From contig JAZURI010000007.1 of the NCBI GenBank assembly GCA_045606105.1, forward strand, positions 1-64,000: a stretch of DNA of 64,000 nucleotides, given 5' to 3'. Made by a program: the position numbers and the translations under genes. The notes below the pieces were generated by a model. The model was not told where the DNA came from. It did not search any database and was given only the letters and a program-made list of their open reading frames with translations. The stretch is from Spirochaetia bacterium. Lineage in GTDB: Bacteria > Spirochaetota > Spirochaetia > CADAEX01. Shown piece after piece: positions 48,947 through 57,832 of the stretch; the first letter of the stretch is position 1, and each line of letters starts with the position of its first letter.

Positions 48947-49014
48947 ATAACCTCAAGTTCTGCTATGTATGACAATTTGTATATTATGTTATCGGAATGA
49001 TAAACTAAGGTTAT
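48947..49014. promoter_or_regulatory. LysR-type operator boxes upstream of the TRAP operon
   Basis: ATAAC-CTCAA-GTTCT (48947-48961) and ATAAA-CTAAG-GTTAT (49000-49014), matching 16726-16740. Confidence 0.6.
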
Positions 49015-49149
49015 TGAAAAAATAAAATACAGTAAAATTAATGATGAAAAAATTCTATTTCTTCCCGAATGCCGGGAGCTTTTTGGGAAGAAACCTAAAA
49101 AGTTATCGAAAAATTATTTTTTTTAATCTGAATACCGAGAAAAAAAATA

Positions 49150-49177
49150 TTGACACTTGAGGAATTTGAAATATAAT
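49150..49177 (+). promoter_or_regulatory. sigma70 promoter for dctP
   Basis: TTGACA-16bp-TATAAT; AGGAG SD. Confidence 0.7.
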
Positions 49178-49207
49178 TAAAGAACATAAAAAAATAAAAG
49201 GAGAAAT

Positions 49208-50419
49208 ATGATGAAAAAAAGATGTGTTCTTACTACACTGCTTTTAATCGTTGTTCTGCTCGCAAGCTGTGGTGGAAATTCTGCACCAGCAGCAGCTGAA
49301 GCTGCACCTGCAGCAGCAGCCGCTCCGGTTGAAACATTCAACTGGAAGATGGTTTCATGTTGGTCACCACAGTATCACCTTGGAGACCAGGACCGTGAAT
49401 TCATGGTTCGTCTTGATGCTCTCGTTGGCGATCAGATGAAAGTTGACTACTTCGTAGAAAACGCACTCGTAGGACCAAAAGAGGTTTTCGATGCAGTTAA
49501 AGACGACGTTGCTCAGTTTGGTTCCGACTATCCAGGATACTGGGCCGGAAAAGACACAGCATTCAACCTGCTCTCTTCATGGCCAATGTGGATGGATGCA
49601 TATGACTACATTAACTGGATCTACTACGATCCAAGTTTCGCTGGTCGTATGAACGACGAAATCGCAAAACCAGGTAACAGCGTTGGACAGGGTATGAAAG
49701 AGTACAAGAGAGTATACGGAAACTTCGGAATCGAAGCATTCCCATTCGGACCTATCACAATCGAATCTGGTCCTAGAGGTACAAAGCCTATCAAAGGTCT
49801 TGCTGACTACAAAGGACTCAAAATCAGAATGTCTGGTTCATCACAGGGACAGATCCTGAAGAAACTCGATGCAGCTCAGGTTGGTATCCAGAGCTCAGAA
49901 GTTTATCAGGCTATGCAGACCGGTGTTATCGATGCAGCTGAATCTTGTACACCTTACCTCGACTGGGGTCTCGGATACAACGAAATCACAAAGTACTCAT
50001 CACACCCAGGTTGGCACCAGCCAGGTTCTATGTGTTCTCTTCTCGTAAACAAGGCTAAATATGATGCTCTCCCACAGAACATCAAGTCAGCTATCGAAAT
50101 TGCAGCTCAGGCAACAGCTCTGCAGACACTCGCAATGGAAGACAGAACATCAGGTATCTACACAAACAAATTCAAGAGCGAAGTTGGCGTACAGTCATTC
50201 AAGCTTCCTGAAGCAGACCTCAAGATTCTTGCTGGTTACAGTGTAGAAATTATGTACGAATTTGCTGCAAAGAACCCTTCTTTCGCACAGACAGCTTACT
50301 CAATGGCTTCTTATATGCATGAGTATCAGGCTTGGAGACAGCTCAATGACATCTACGGTCATGGATGGGCAGATCTTCCACTTCCTGACCTTGCTAAGCT
50401 GAAAAGCTACATCAAATAA
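49208..50419 (+). CDS. dctP: TRAP transporter substrate-binding lipoprotein (DctP/TakP-like)
   Basis: Lipobox LASC with Ala/Pro linker; WKMVSCW, YWAGK, GLKIRMSG, MQTGVIDAAE, PGWHQPG. Confidence 0.9.
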   Translation: MMKKRCVLTTLLLIVVLLASCGGNSAPAAAEAAPAAAAAPVETFNWKMVSCWSPQYHLGDQDREFMVRLDALVGDQMKVDYFVENALVGPKEVFDAVKDDVAQFGSDYPGYWAGKDTAFNLLSSWPMWMDAYDYINWIYYDPSFAGRMNDEIAKPGNSVGQGMKEYKRVYGNFGIEAFPFGPITIESGPRGTKPIKGLADYKGLKIRMSGSSQGQILKKLDAAQVGIQSSEVYQAMQTGVIDAAESCTPYLDWGLGYNEITKYSSHPGWHQPGSMCSLLVNKAKYDALPQNIKSAIEIAAQATALQTLAMEDRTSGIYTNKFKSEVGVQSFKLPEADLKILAGYSVEIMYEFAAKNPSFAQTAYSMASYMHEYQAWRQLNDIYGHGWADLPLPDLAKLKSYIK

Positions 50420-50444
50420 GATTGCTTTTTGACGGAAGTTTCCG

Positions 50445-50524
50445 TAAAGTCTGTCGGGTAACCGGCAGACTTTATCAGGAGGCGCAAGCGGGCATCGGGC
50501 TAAAGCCTAATGCCCTTACTTTTT
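50445..50524 (+). terminator. Double hairpin / partial terminator between dctP and dctQ
   Basis: TAAAGTCTGTCGG-4-CCGGCAGACTTTA; GGGCATCGGGC-4-GCCTAATGCCC followed by TTACTTTTT. Confidence 0.65.
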
Positions 50525-50652
50525 GTAAAAAAAGAGCTTGTGTTTATTGGTTTGGAAACTATTAATTCTTGGTAAAATAATTTTCGAAAATCATTTAGAT
50601 TTTCTTGCGAATAAAATAAATAGAGCTATTTATTTAGGAGAAATATTTTAAA

Positions 50653-51183
50653 ATGAGAAATTTGGCGCATAAGTACTGTTTTCTTGCCGACACTCTCAGT
50701 GACTGGGTAGGAAAAACATGTATGTGGTCTGCGGCAATTGGTATGCTTATCATGATTTACGAAGTATTCACAAGATACGTATTCCACATGGCTAATGACT
50801 GGGTTTTTGAAACCACAATTATGATTTATGCTTTCCATTTCTGTATGTGTGCTTCTTATGCACTCAAAAATGGTGCGCATGTTGCTATTGACATCATTTC
50901 CGGAAGATGCAGCCTCAGAACACAGGCTATCCTGGATATGATTTCATACATTATCTTTTTCTTTCCTTCTGTTGGTGTTGTATTCTTCAGAGGAATCAAG
51001 TTCGCAGCTGACTCATGGAGGATCAAAGAGGTTTCATGGTCAGAGTTCCCTGCACCTATCTATCTTCAGAAGACTATCATTCCTGTAATGTCAGGTCTTC
51101 TCCTTATTCAGGGTCTTGCTATCTTCATCAGAAGAATTGAACAGGCAATTGACGGTGACAACTACAAAAAGGAGGCAAAATAA
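50653..51183 (+). CDS. dctQ: TRAP transporter small permease
   Basis: YEVFTRYVF..W..E, HVAIDI, 4 TM helices. Confidence 0.9.
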   Translation: MRNLAHKYCFLADTLSDWVGKTCMWSAAIGMLIMIYEVFTRYVFHMANDWVFETTIMIYAFHFCMCASYALKNGAHVAIDIISGRCSLRTQAILDMISYIIFFFPSVGVVFFRGIKFAADSWRIKEVSWSEFPAPIYLQKTIIPVMSGLLLIQGLAIFIRRIEQAIDGDNYKKEAK

Positions 51184-52547
51184 TGGGATTTGAAGGTTTT
51201 GTAATGACTCCTGGGTTCGTAGCCGTTGCTATGTTCATAGGTCTTTTGGCTGGTCTTTTCCTTGGCCACCCACTTGCATTCGTTCTTGGTGGACTTGCTG
51301 TTATTTTCGGTTTCTTCAGCCAGAAATATCACGTGGCATTCCCATCACTTATGATGAATAAATTCAATGCGCAGATGTCCAACTACACCTATGTAGCCAT
51401 CCTATTCTTTATATTCATGGCGAACTTTATGGGTGAGTCGGGTATGGCGGACGGTCTCTTCAAGTCTGTACAGTATCTGTTCGGACCGGTAAGAGGTGGT
51501 ATTGCAGTTGCAGTAATCGTAGTATCTACACTCCTTGCTGCATGTACAGGTACAACTGGTGCTTCCTGTGTAACAATGGGTGTACTCGCTCTTCCTGTAA
51601 TGAAAGCTAACCATTACTCAATGAAGCTTTCCTGTGGTGCTATTGCCGGTTCATCTGCTCTTGGTATTCTTATCCCGCCTAGTATCATGCTCCTCGTACT
51701 TGCTGAGCTTTCAGGTTGTACAGTAGGACAGCTCTTCGCAGGTTCTATCCTTCCTGGTATTCTCCTTGCTGTAATGTATATCATCTACGCAGTTTACCAG
51801 TGCTGGAGACACCCTTGGAAAGGTCCTGCTCTTCCTCTCGAAGTAAGAAGACAGGTTACAAGAGGTCAGCTTGCAAAAATGCTCATTATCAACCTCTGTC
51901 CTCCTCTTCTCCTTATCGGTGCCGTACTTGGTGTACTCTTCACAGGTGTTGCTACACCTACTGAAGCATCTGCTACAGGTGCTTTCTGTGCACTCGGTCT
52001 TTACATCGGTTACGGAAGATTCTCATGGAAGGGTCTTGTAAAGATCATGGAAGACACAGCTAACACAGTATCTATGGTACTTATCGTTATGACAGGTGCC
52101 GGATTCTTCACAGCTATCTTCATGGGTCTTGGTGGTGGAGACGTTATCCAGGGTATGATCCTTGGTTGCGGTCTCGGAAAATGGGGTACATATGCCGTAA
52201 TGATGCTTATCTGCTTCTTCCTCGGTATGTTCCTCGACTGGACAGCTATCGTTATGATTACTCTTCCAATCTACCTCCCAATCGCAGACCAGATGGGAAT
52301 GGACAGACTTTGGTTCGTAGTATCTATCGCAGTAATGCTCCAGGACTCTTTCTGTACACCTCCGTTCGGATACAACCTGTTCTACCTGAAAGGTATTGCT
52401 CCGGAAGGTGTTACTACAGAAGATATCTATCTTGGTACTATTCCATATTGGGCAATCATGGAGTTGGGACTCGTTCTCTGCTGTGTATTCCCACAGCTCG
52501 TTACTTGGCTCCCAAGCGTTGCAGTTAAATTGCCTAACGCACAGTAA
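51183..52547 (+). CDS. dctM: TRAP transporter large permease
   Basis: GHPLAF, LGILIPPSI, ATPTEA, LGMFLDW, TPPFGYNLFYLKG. Confidence 0.93.
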   Translation: MGFEGFVMTPGFVAVAMFIGLLAGLFLGHPLAFVLGGLAVIFGFFSQKYHVAFPSLMMNKFNAQMSNYTYVAILFFIFMANFMGESGMADGLFKSVQYLFGPVRGGIAVAVIVVSTLLAACTGTTGASCVTMGVLALPVMKANHYSMKLSCGAIAGSSALGILIPPSIMLLVLAELSGCTVGQLFAGSILPGILLAVMYIIYAVYQCWRHPWKGPALPLEVRRQVTRGQLAKMLIINLCPPLLLIGAVLGVLFTGVATPTEASATGAFCALGLYIGYGRFSWKGLVKIMEDTANTVSMVLIVMTGAGFFTAIFMGLGGGDVIQGMILGCGLGKWGTYAVMMLICFFLGMFLDWTAIVMITLPIYLPIADQMGMDRLWFVVSIAVMLQDSFCTPPFGYNLFYLKGIAPEGVTTEDIYLGTIPYWAIMELGLVLCCVFPQLVTWLPSVAVKLPNAQ

Positions 52548-52568
52548 GAGCTGAAACAGTTATCAATA

Positions 52569-52600
52569 AGGTTGTCCCTCAGGGGGCAACCTGTTTTTTT
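52569..52600 (+). terminator. Hairpin/terminator between dctM and the ADH gene
   Basis: AGGTTGTCCC-TCAG-GGGGCAACCT followed by GTTTTTTT. Confidence 0.7.
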
Positions 52601-52633
52601 CTAAAAATTTTCAACTAAAAGAAGGTAAAAAAA

Positions 52634-53734
52634 ATGGGATGTTGTTGTAAAGCTGCTATCTTTGAAGAAACAGGAAAACCAATCGAAATCAAAGAATTCG
52701 AAATTCCTCAGACAATTGAAGAAAATGCAATGCTTGTAAAGGTTACATTCGCTACAATCTGCGGTTCTGACCTTCATACAATCACCGGTAAGAGAAAAGA
52801 GGCTGCTCCTCTTATCCTCGGACACGAGATTATCGGAACTATTGCTAAGCTCGGATCACCTAACCTTAAAGACGGTTACGGAAACGCTCTTAAGATCGGA
52901 GACAGAATTACTTGGACAATTATGGCTTCATGCGGTGAATGCTTCTACTGCCAGAAGGGTATTCCACAGAAGTGTGTAAAGCTTAAGAAATATGGTCATA
53001 CATGCTGCTATGACAAGGAAATCAAGTCAGGACTGGTTGGCGGTTACGGCGAATATGTATATATTCTCCCTGGAACAACAGTTTTCAAGCTTTCTGACAA
53101 GCTTTCCGACGAAGTTGCAACACCTGCTAACTGTGCTCTTGCTACAGTAGTAAACGCTGTTGAAACAATCGGTGTAGAGAAGGGCGATGCAGTTCTTATC
53201 CAGGGTGCAGGTCTTCTCGGACTTAACGCATGTGCTCTTTCCGCAGCTGCAGGTGCAAAGGTAATCATCATCACAGACGTTGTTGATTCCAGACTTGAAG
53301 ATGCAAAGAGATTCGGTGCAACACACACAATCAACCTCAAGGATGTTGCTGATACAGCAGACCTTGTAAACAAGATTAAAGAAATCGCTCCTTACGGAAT
53401 CGATGCTGCTCTTGAATTCTGCGGACGTGCAGAAGCTGCTACACAGGCTATCGCTGCTCTCAGAATCGGTGGAAGATACATGATCGCTGGTATGGTTAAC
53501 CCTACACCACTGGACATGGATGCAAACAACATCACAAGAAAGTGTCTTACAATCAAGGGTATCCACAACTATGCTCCACAGCATCTCGGAATTGCTCTTA
53601 AGTTCCTTGAAGAGAACCAGGACAAATTCCCATACAAAGAGCTTGTTGGCGAAACATTCCCACTGGAAAAGATTAACGAGGCTGTTGAAGTTTCCAAGTC
53701 TCAGAAATACATCAGAGTTGCTATCAAATACTGA
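52634..53734 (+). CDS. Zn-dependent alcohol dehydrogenase, HpnZ-like (phosphonate-catabolism-associated, TIGR03366-type)
   Basis: ATICGSDLHT..GKR, LGHE, GDRITW..SCGECFYC..GIPQKC..L.KYGH, PANCALATV, GAGLLGL, GIHNYAPQHL. Confidence 0.8.
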   Translation: MGCCCKAAIFEETGKPIEIKEFEIPQTIEENAMLVKVTFATICGSDLHTITGKRKEAAPLILGHEIIGTIAKLGSPNLKDGYGNALKIGDRITWTIMASCGECFYCQKGIPQKCVKLKKYGHTCCYDKEIKSGLVGGYGEYVYILPGTTVFKLSDKLSDEVATPANCALATVVNAVETIGVEKGDAVLIQGAGLLGLNACALSAAAGAKVIIITDVVDSRLEDAKRFGATHTINLKDVADTADLVNKIKEIAPYGIDAALEFCGRAEAATQAIAALRIGGRYMIAGMVNPTPLDMDANNITRKCLTIKGIHNYAPQHLGIALKFLEENQDKFPYKELVGETFPLEKINEAVEVSKSQKYIRVAIKY

Positions 53735-53747
53735 TTCTGATTTTTAT

Positions 53748-53776
53748 TCCCTCCCCTCCCGGGAGGGATTTTTTTT
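53748..53776 (+). terminator. Intrinsic terminator
   Basis: TCCCTCCC-5-GGGAGGGA followed by T8. Confidence 0.8.
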
Positions 53777-53783
53777 CTGAAAT

Positions 53784-56084
53784 ATGAAACATAACGCCGA
53801 CTCCGAAGACTTAAAAAATAATTTATTCCCGCGCAAAATCATAATCAACTTCACAATTCTTGCACTTATTGCCGCAGTTTTCTTTTTCTTTGCCACCTTC
53901 TATGTGAACAACAAGGCCAAGGAGAGAAACGAGCGCATGTACAGGACCCAGCAGATTCTTCAGTCCAGGGTTTCAACCCAGGCTATTGAGGAGAATCTTG
54001 ATGCCATATTCTACAATATAGATATTCTGAGGATTTACTGCCGTGATCTGTTCAATGAGGAACGGACAGTTTCCAACAGCTTCTTCCAGCTGGTTCAGAC
54101 AGGGCGTCAGGAGGTGGCGGCCTTCATGCTGATTGATAACAACGGTAATATCAGGTACAGGAATATTGCCCTGGGAGATATCGGTGAAAGCGCACAGAAA
54201 AAGGTTCTGGAGTATCTGGATCTGTACGGACCGGAAATAAAGGGAGGAATCAGCTATATACCGCCGCTGTATATTGACAGGGACATGCAGCTTGTAATCA
54301 AGCTTCTCCCGGCATGGCAGGATGGCAGGAAGGCCGGTGTAATGGCTGTGGCTATAGATATCGGTAATCTTATAAAGAAATACAGCTTTATCAGCAAGCT
54401 CGGCTTTTCGGGAACCGAGTTATTTCTTGATAAGAACGGTACCGTTATCATGGATTCCAATATCAGGAATATCGGAAAGAATATAAATGATATAATGCTG
54501 GAAAATATAAATACCAAGAGCTTTCCTACGGAGGATATCCTTTCACAGCCCAACGGCAGCAGGAAATACAAGCTTTTCGATACCAGCAGGAATCCTCATA
54601 ATGTCCTTGTGGCCTGGGATTCCGTAGAGATAATGGGTGAAAAGATAATCGTGGTTACAGGAGCTTCTGAAAGGTTCATCAACCGGGCCATCCGGGAGTT
54701 CCATAAGCAGTCTGTAATACTGGGTATCATGGTTGCCTTCATCATCGGTGTGGTATGTGTGCTCCTTATCCTTTCCAGGAGGGCCGTGGTAAGACGAAGC
54801 CTTATAGTCCTGGAGGATACTATCAATGAAAGGACCAGGGAGCTGAATCTCAGCGAGAAGAAATATCAGGCCGTATTCCAGGGTGTCAGCGATGCCCTTG
54901 TGGTGGTTCGTGAAGGGCATATCAGCTATTTCAATGAAAGTACCCTTACTCTTCTGGGATATACTGCCGAGGAGCTTATTGGCAAGAGTCCTCTGGATTT
55001 TGTTTTTGAAGCCTATGAGGAGGGAATGGACAATGTGGCACCGTACCGGGAATATGCCAGGGATGCGCTGGAGGGAAAGCCTGTATCCTTTGAGGCAATC
55101 CTGATATGCAGGGACGGTTCCCTTATATATGCGGATGTGGCCATGGCCGACCTGGAGACCAAGGAATCTCTTATCCTTACCCTCAGGGATATAACCTCCA
55201 GGAAGAAGGCGGAGAAGGCCCTGGCAGAGCTTAACGCTCAGCTGGAGAAAAGAGTTCAGCTCCGTACCAAGGAGCTGGAGCAGGCCAATACAGCATTGAA
55301 GGATACCCTGGAAACCCTTAAGAAGACACAGCAGAGCCTGGTGGAGGCCGGAAAGATGGCATCCCTGGGAGTACTTGTGGCAGGAGTTGCCCACGAGGTG
55401 AATACGCCGGTGGGGATCGGTGTTACGGCGGCATCGTATCTTCAGGAGCAGACTGTACAGCTGGAGCAGAAGTACAGGGGAAACCAGATGAAGAGATCGG
55501 ATCTGGAATCATATATCGGTACTGCAGTCGATACAGCAAAGGTAATACTCAACAACCTGGAAAGGGCATCGGAAAGGATATCCAGCTTCAAGCAGGTGGC
55601 GGTGGACCAGACCAACCAGGAGGTAAGGCGGTTCGTCCTCAGACCGTACATAGAGGAGGTTCTCATCAGCATCCAGCCGGCATACAAGAAGACCCGGCAT
55701 AAGGTTGAGATCGAAGGAGATGATACTGTTGAGGTTACATGTTCACCGGGTGCCATTTCGCAGATCATAACGAACCTTGTGATGAATTCCCTGAAGCACG
55801 GCTTTGAAGGCATCGAGGAGGGTTCGGTGAAAATCGACATCCGCCGGGCCGGAAGCAGCGTGGAAATCGTTTACTCGGACAATGGTATAGGAATGAATGA
55901 AGAGATTGTATCCAAAATCTATGACCCGTTCTTCACAACCAAGAGAGGCAGCGGAGGAAGCGGTCTGGGAATGAATATTGTATACAATCTGGTAACAAGA
56001 ACCCTGAAGGGAGATATCTCTGTAAAGAGCAAGGTAGGCGAGGGTACGGTTTTTTATATAAAATTTCCTTGTGAAATTAGATAA
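53784..56084 (+). CDS. Membrane sensor histidine kinase (periplasmic Cache-like, PAS, HisKA, HATPase)
   Basis: Two TM helices, PAS (LLGYTAEELIG..RDIT), AGVAHEVNTP, NLVMNS, DNGIG, PFFTTK..GSGLG. Confidence 0.92.
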   Translation: MKHNADSEDLKNNLFPRKIIINFTILALIAAVFFFFATFYVNNKAKERNERMYRTQQILQSRVSTQAIEENLDAIFYNIDILRIYCRDLFNEERTVSNSFFQLVQTGRQEVAAFMLIDNNGNIRYRNIALGDIGESAQKKVLEYLDLYGPEIKGGISYIPPLYIDRDMQLVIKLLPAWQDGRKAGVMAVAIDIGNLIKKYSFISKLGFSGTELFLDKNGTVIMDSNIRNIGKNINDIMLENINTKSFPTEDILSQPNGSRKYKLFDTSRNPHNVLVAWDSVEIMGEKIIVVTGASERFINRAIREFHKQSVILGIMVAFIIGVVCVLLILSRRAVVRRSLIVLEDTINERTRELNLSEKKYQAVFQGVSDALVVVREGHISYFNESTLTLLGYTAEELIGKSPLDFVFEAYEEGMDNVAPYREYARDALEGKPVSFEAILICRDGSLIYADVAMADLETKESLILTLRDITSRKKAEKALAELNAQLEKRVQLRTKELEQANTALKDTLETLKKTQQSLVEAGKMASLGVLVAGVAHEVNTPVGIGVTAASYLQEQTVQLEQKYRGNQMKRSDLESYIGTAVDTAKVILNNLERASERISSFKQVAVDQTNQEVRRFVLRPYIEEVLISIQPAYKKTRHKVEIEGDDTVEVTCSPGAISQIITNLVMNSLKHGFEGIEEGSVKIDIRRAGSSVEIVYSDNGIGMNEEIVSKIYDPFFTTKRGSGGSGLGMNIVYNLVTRTLKGDISVKSKVGEGTVFYIKFPCEIR

Positions 56085-56187
56085 ATCAGGTAGACTAAAA
56101 ATAATTTTTGGATTATATTAAATAAAATTATTGACAAAAGTCGGCATATCTGATAATTTTCTACATTGTTTAGAATGTGTGTGATAT

Positions 56188-56260
<73 letters not shown>

Positions 56261-56277
56261 TTAGGAGGATTATATAT

Positions 56278-56454
56278 ATGGCATCAAAGAAGAAAGGAAA
56301 TGTAGAACTTGTAGCTCTGCAGTGCACAGAATGCAAGAGAAAAAATTATACAACCTCAAAAAACAGAAAGAATATCCAGGGAAAGATGGAATTCAGCAAA
56401 TACTGCAGTTTTGACAAAAAGCACACAATTCACAAAGAAACAAAAATTAAATAA
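56278..56454 (+). CDS. rpmG: 50S ribosomal protein L33
   Basis: Manual translation MASKKKGNVELVALQCTECKRKNYTTSKNRKN..KYCSFDKKHTIHKETKIK; AGGAGG SD. Confidence 0.95.
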   Translation: MASKKKGNVELVALQCTECKRKNYTTSKNRKNIQGKMEFSKYCSFDKKHTIHKETKIK

Positions 56455-56469
56455 TATTTTTATATTATT

Positions 56470-56543
56470 AGGGTAGTAGCTCCAACGGCTAGAGCGCTGG
56501 TCTCCAAAACCGGATGTTGTAGGTTCGAATCCTACCTGCCCTG
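56470..56543 (+). tRNA. tRNA-Trp(CCA)
   Basis: AGGGTAG..CTGGT-CT-CCA-AA-ACCGG..GGTTCGAATCC..CTGCCCT-G. Confidence 0.95.
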
Positions 56544-56569
56544 TTCTTTTTTCACCTTAAGGAGAATAT

Positions 56570-56749
56570 ATGGACAAGTTAATGCTTTTTTTCAAAGAAA
56601 GCTATGCTGAACTCAAAAAGGTCGTATGGCCTAGCCGCCAGGAAGTTATCTCATCAACATGGGTTGTTATCGTTTCTGTAACAATCTTTGCTGTTGTACT
56701 CGGCTTGGTTGATTTTCTTCTTATTCTTGGAATGGATTTGATTTTCTGA
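56570..56749 (+). CDS. secE: Preprotein translocase subunit SecE
   Basis: Manual translation MDKLMLFFKESYAELKKVVWPSRQEV...LGLVD. Confidence 0.95.
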   Translation: MDKLMLFFKESYAELKKVVWPSRQEVISSTWVVIVSVTIFAVVLGLVDFLLILGMDLIF

Positions 56750-56765
56750 TCGGAGTTAAGGGTAT

Positions 56766-57320
56766 ATGGCAAGAGAATGGTATATTCTTTCTACATACTC
56801 CGGGTATGAGAACAAGATAGAAAAGCACATCAGGAAATTCATGGAAGATCCCTCATTCGCAGAGATCGTACTCGATATCAAGGTTCCCACAGAAGAAGTT
56901 ATAGAAGTTAAGGATGGAAAGAAAAAGACTGTAAAGCGCAAGTTTCTTCCGGGTTATGTTCTCCTCGAAATGGATCTTTCAGAAACAAACTGGAAGGAGC
57001 CATGTTCCAGAATCAAGAGGATTGACGGGGCTTCAGGCTTCGTAGGTGTTGCCGGCAACAAGAAGCCGTGTCCTATTCCTGCAGAGGAGGCCAAGGCTAT
57101 TCTCCAGAAGACAGGAGAAATCAAGGCAGACAAGCACGCCAAGTTCAAGCAGACTTTTGATGTGGATGAAAAGGTCAAGATTATCGACGGTGCTTTCACC
57201 GATTTTGAAGGCGTTGTTGAAGAAGTAAATGTCGAAAAAGGCAAAATAAGAGTCGTAGTTAGTATTTTCGGTCGTCCGACCCCTGTAGAGCTTGACTTTG
57301 CACAGGTTGAGAAGATCTGA
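56766..57320 (+). CDS. nusG: Transcription termination/antitermination factor NusG
   Basis: WYILSTYSGYENK, FLPGYVL, KOW domain, IFGRPTPVEL. Confidence 0.97.
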   Translation: MAREWYILSTYSGYENKIEKHIRKFMEDPSFAEIVLDIKVPTEEVIEVKDGKKKTVKRKFLPGYVLLEMDLSETNWKEPCSRIKRIDGASGFVGVAGNKKPCPIPAEEAKAILQKTGEIKADKHAKFKQTFDVDEKVKIIDGAFTDFEGVVEEVNVEKGKIRVVVSIFGRPTPVELDFAQVEKI

Positions 57321-57348
57321 TCATAACCGGTAAGTTTTACCGTCTTGA

Positions 57349-57386
57349 TGGGAGTTTTCCGGCATACGGGAAACGGTATTACCACA
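57349..57386 (+). promoter_or_regulatory. Putative L1-binding autoregulatory leader of rplK-rplA
   Basis: GGGAG-hairpin-ACCAC arrangement just upstream of the rplK SD. Confidence 0.5.
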
Positions 57387-57398
57387 AAGGAGAAAAAA

Positions 57399-57830
57399 AT
57401 GGCAAAGAAAAAAATTGTTGCTTACATTAAATTGCAGATTCCTGCTGGGAAAGCAACTCCGGCACCTCCGGTCGGTCCTGCTCTCGGACCTCACGGTGTA
57501 AGTGCTCCGCAGTTTGTTCAGCAGTTTAATGATAAGACCAAGGGAATGGAACCGGGCCTTGTTGTACCTGTAGTTATTACAGTTTACGGCGACAAGACTT
57601 TCAGCTTCGTTCTGAAGACACCTCCTGCAGCTGTTCTTATCAAGAAAGCATGCGGAATTAACAGTGGATCGGCAGAACCTCACAAGACAAAGGTTGCCAA
57701 GCTTTCACAGGCTGATCTTAAAAAGATTGCAGAGACTAAGATGCCTGATATCAATGCAAACGATATCGATGCTGCAATGAAAATTATTGCTGGTACTGCA
57801 CGCAGTATGGGTGTTGAGGTGGAGAAGTAA
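57399..57830 (+). CDS. rplK: 50S ribosomal protein L11
   Basis: [20 protein letters not shown]; AGGAG SD. Confidence 0.97.
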   Translation: MAKKKIVAYIKLQIPAGKATPAPPVGPALGPHGVSAPQFVQQFNDKTKGMEPGLVVPVVITVYGDKTFSFVLKTPPAAVLIKKACGINSGSAEPHKTKVAKLSQADLKKIAETKMPDINANDIDAAMKIIAGTARSMGVEVEK

Positions 57831-57832
57831 GA

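Noticed and set aside
49275-49330. GCA/GCT-rich repeat in dctP
   Set aside because: Encodes an ordinary Ala/Pro lipoprotein tether
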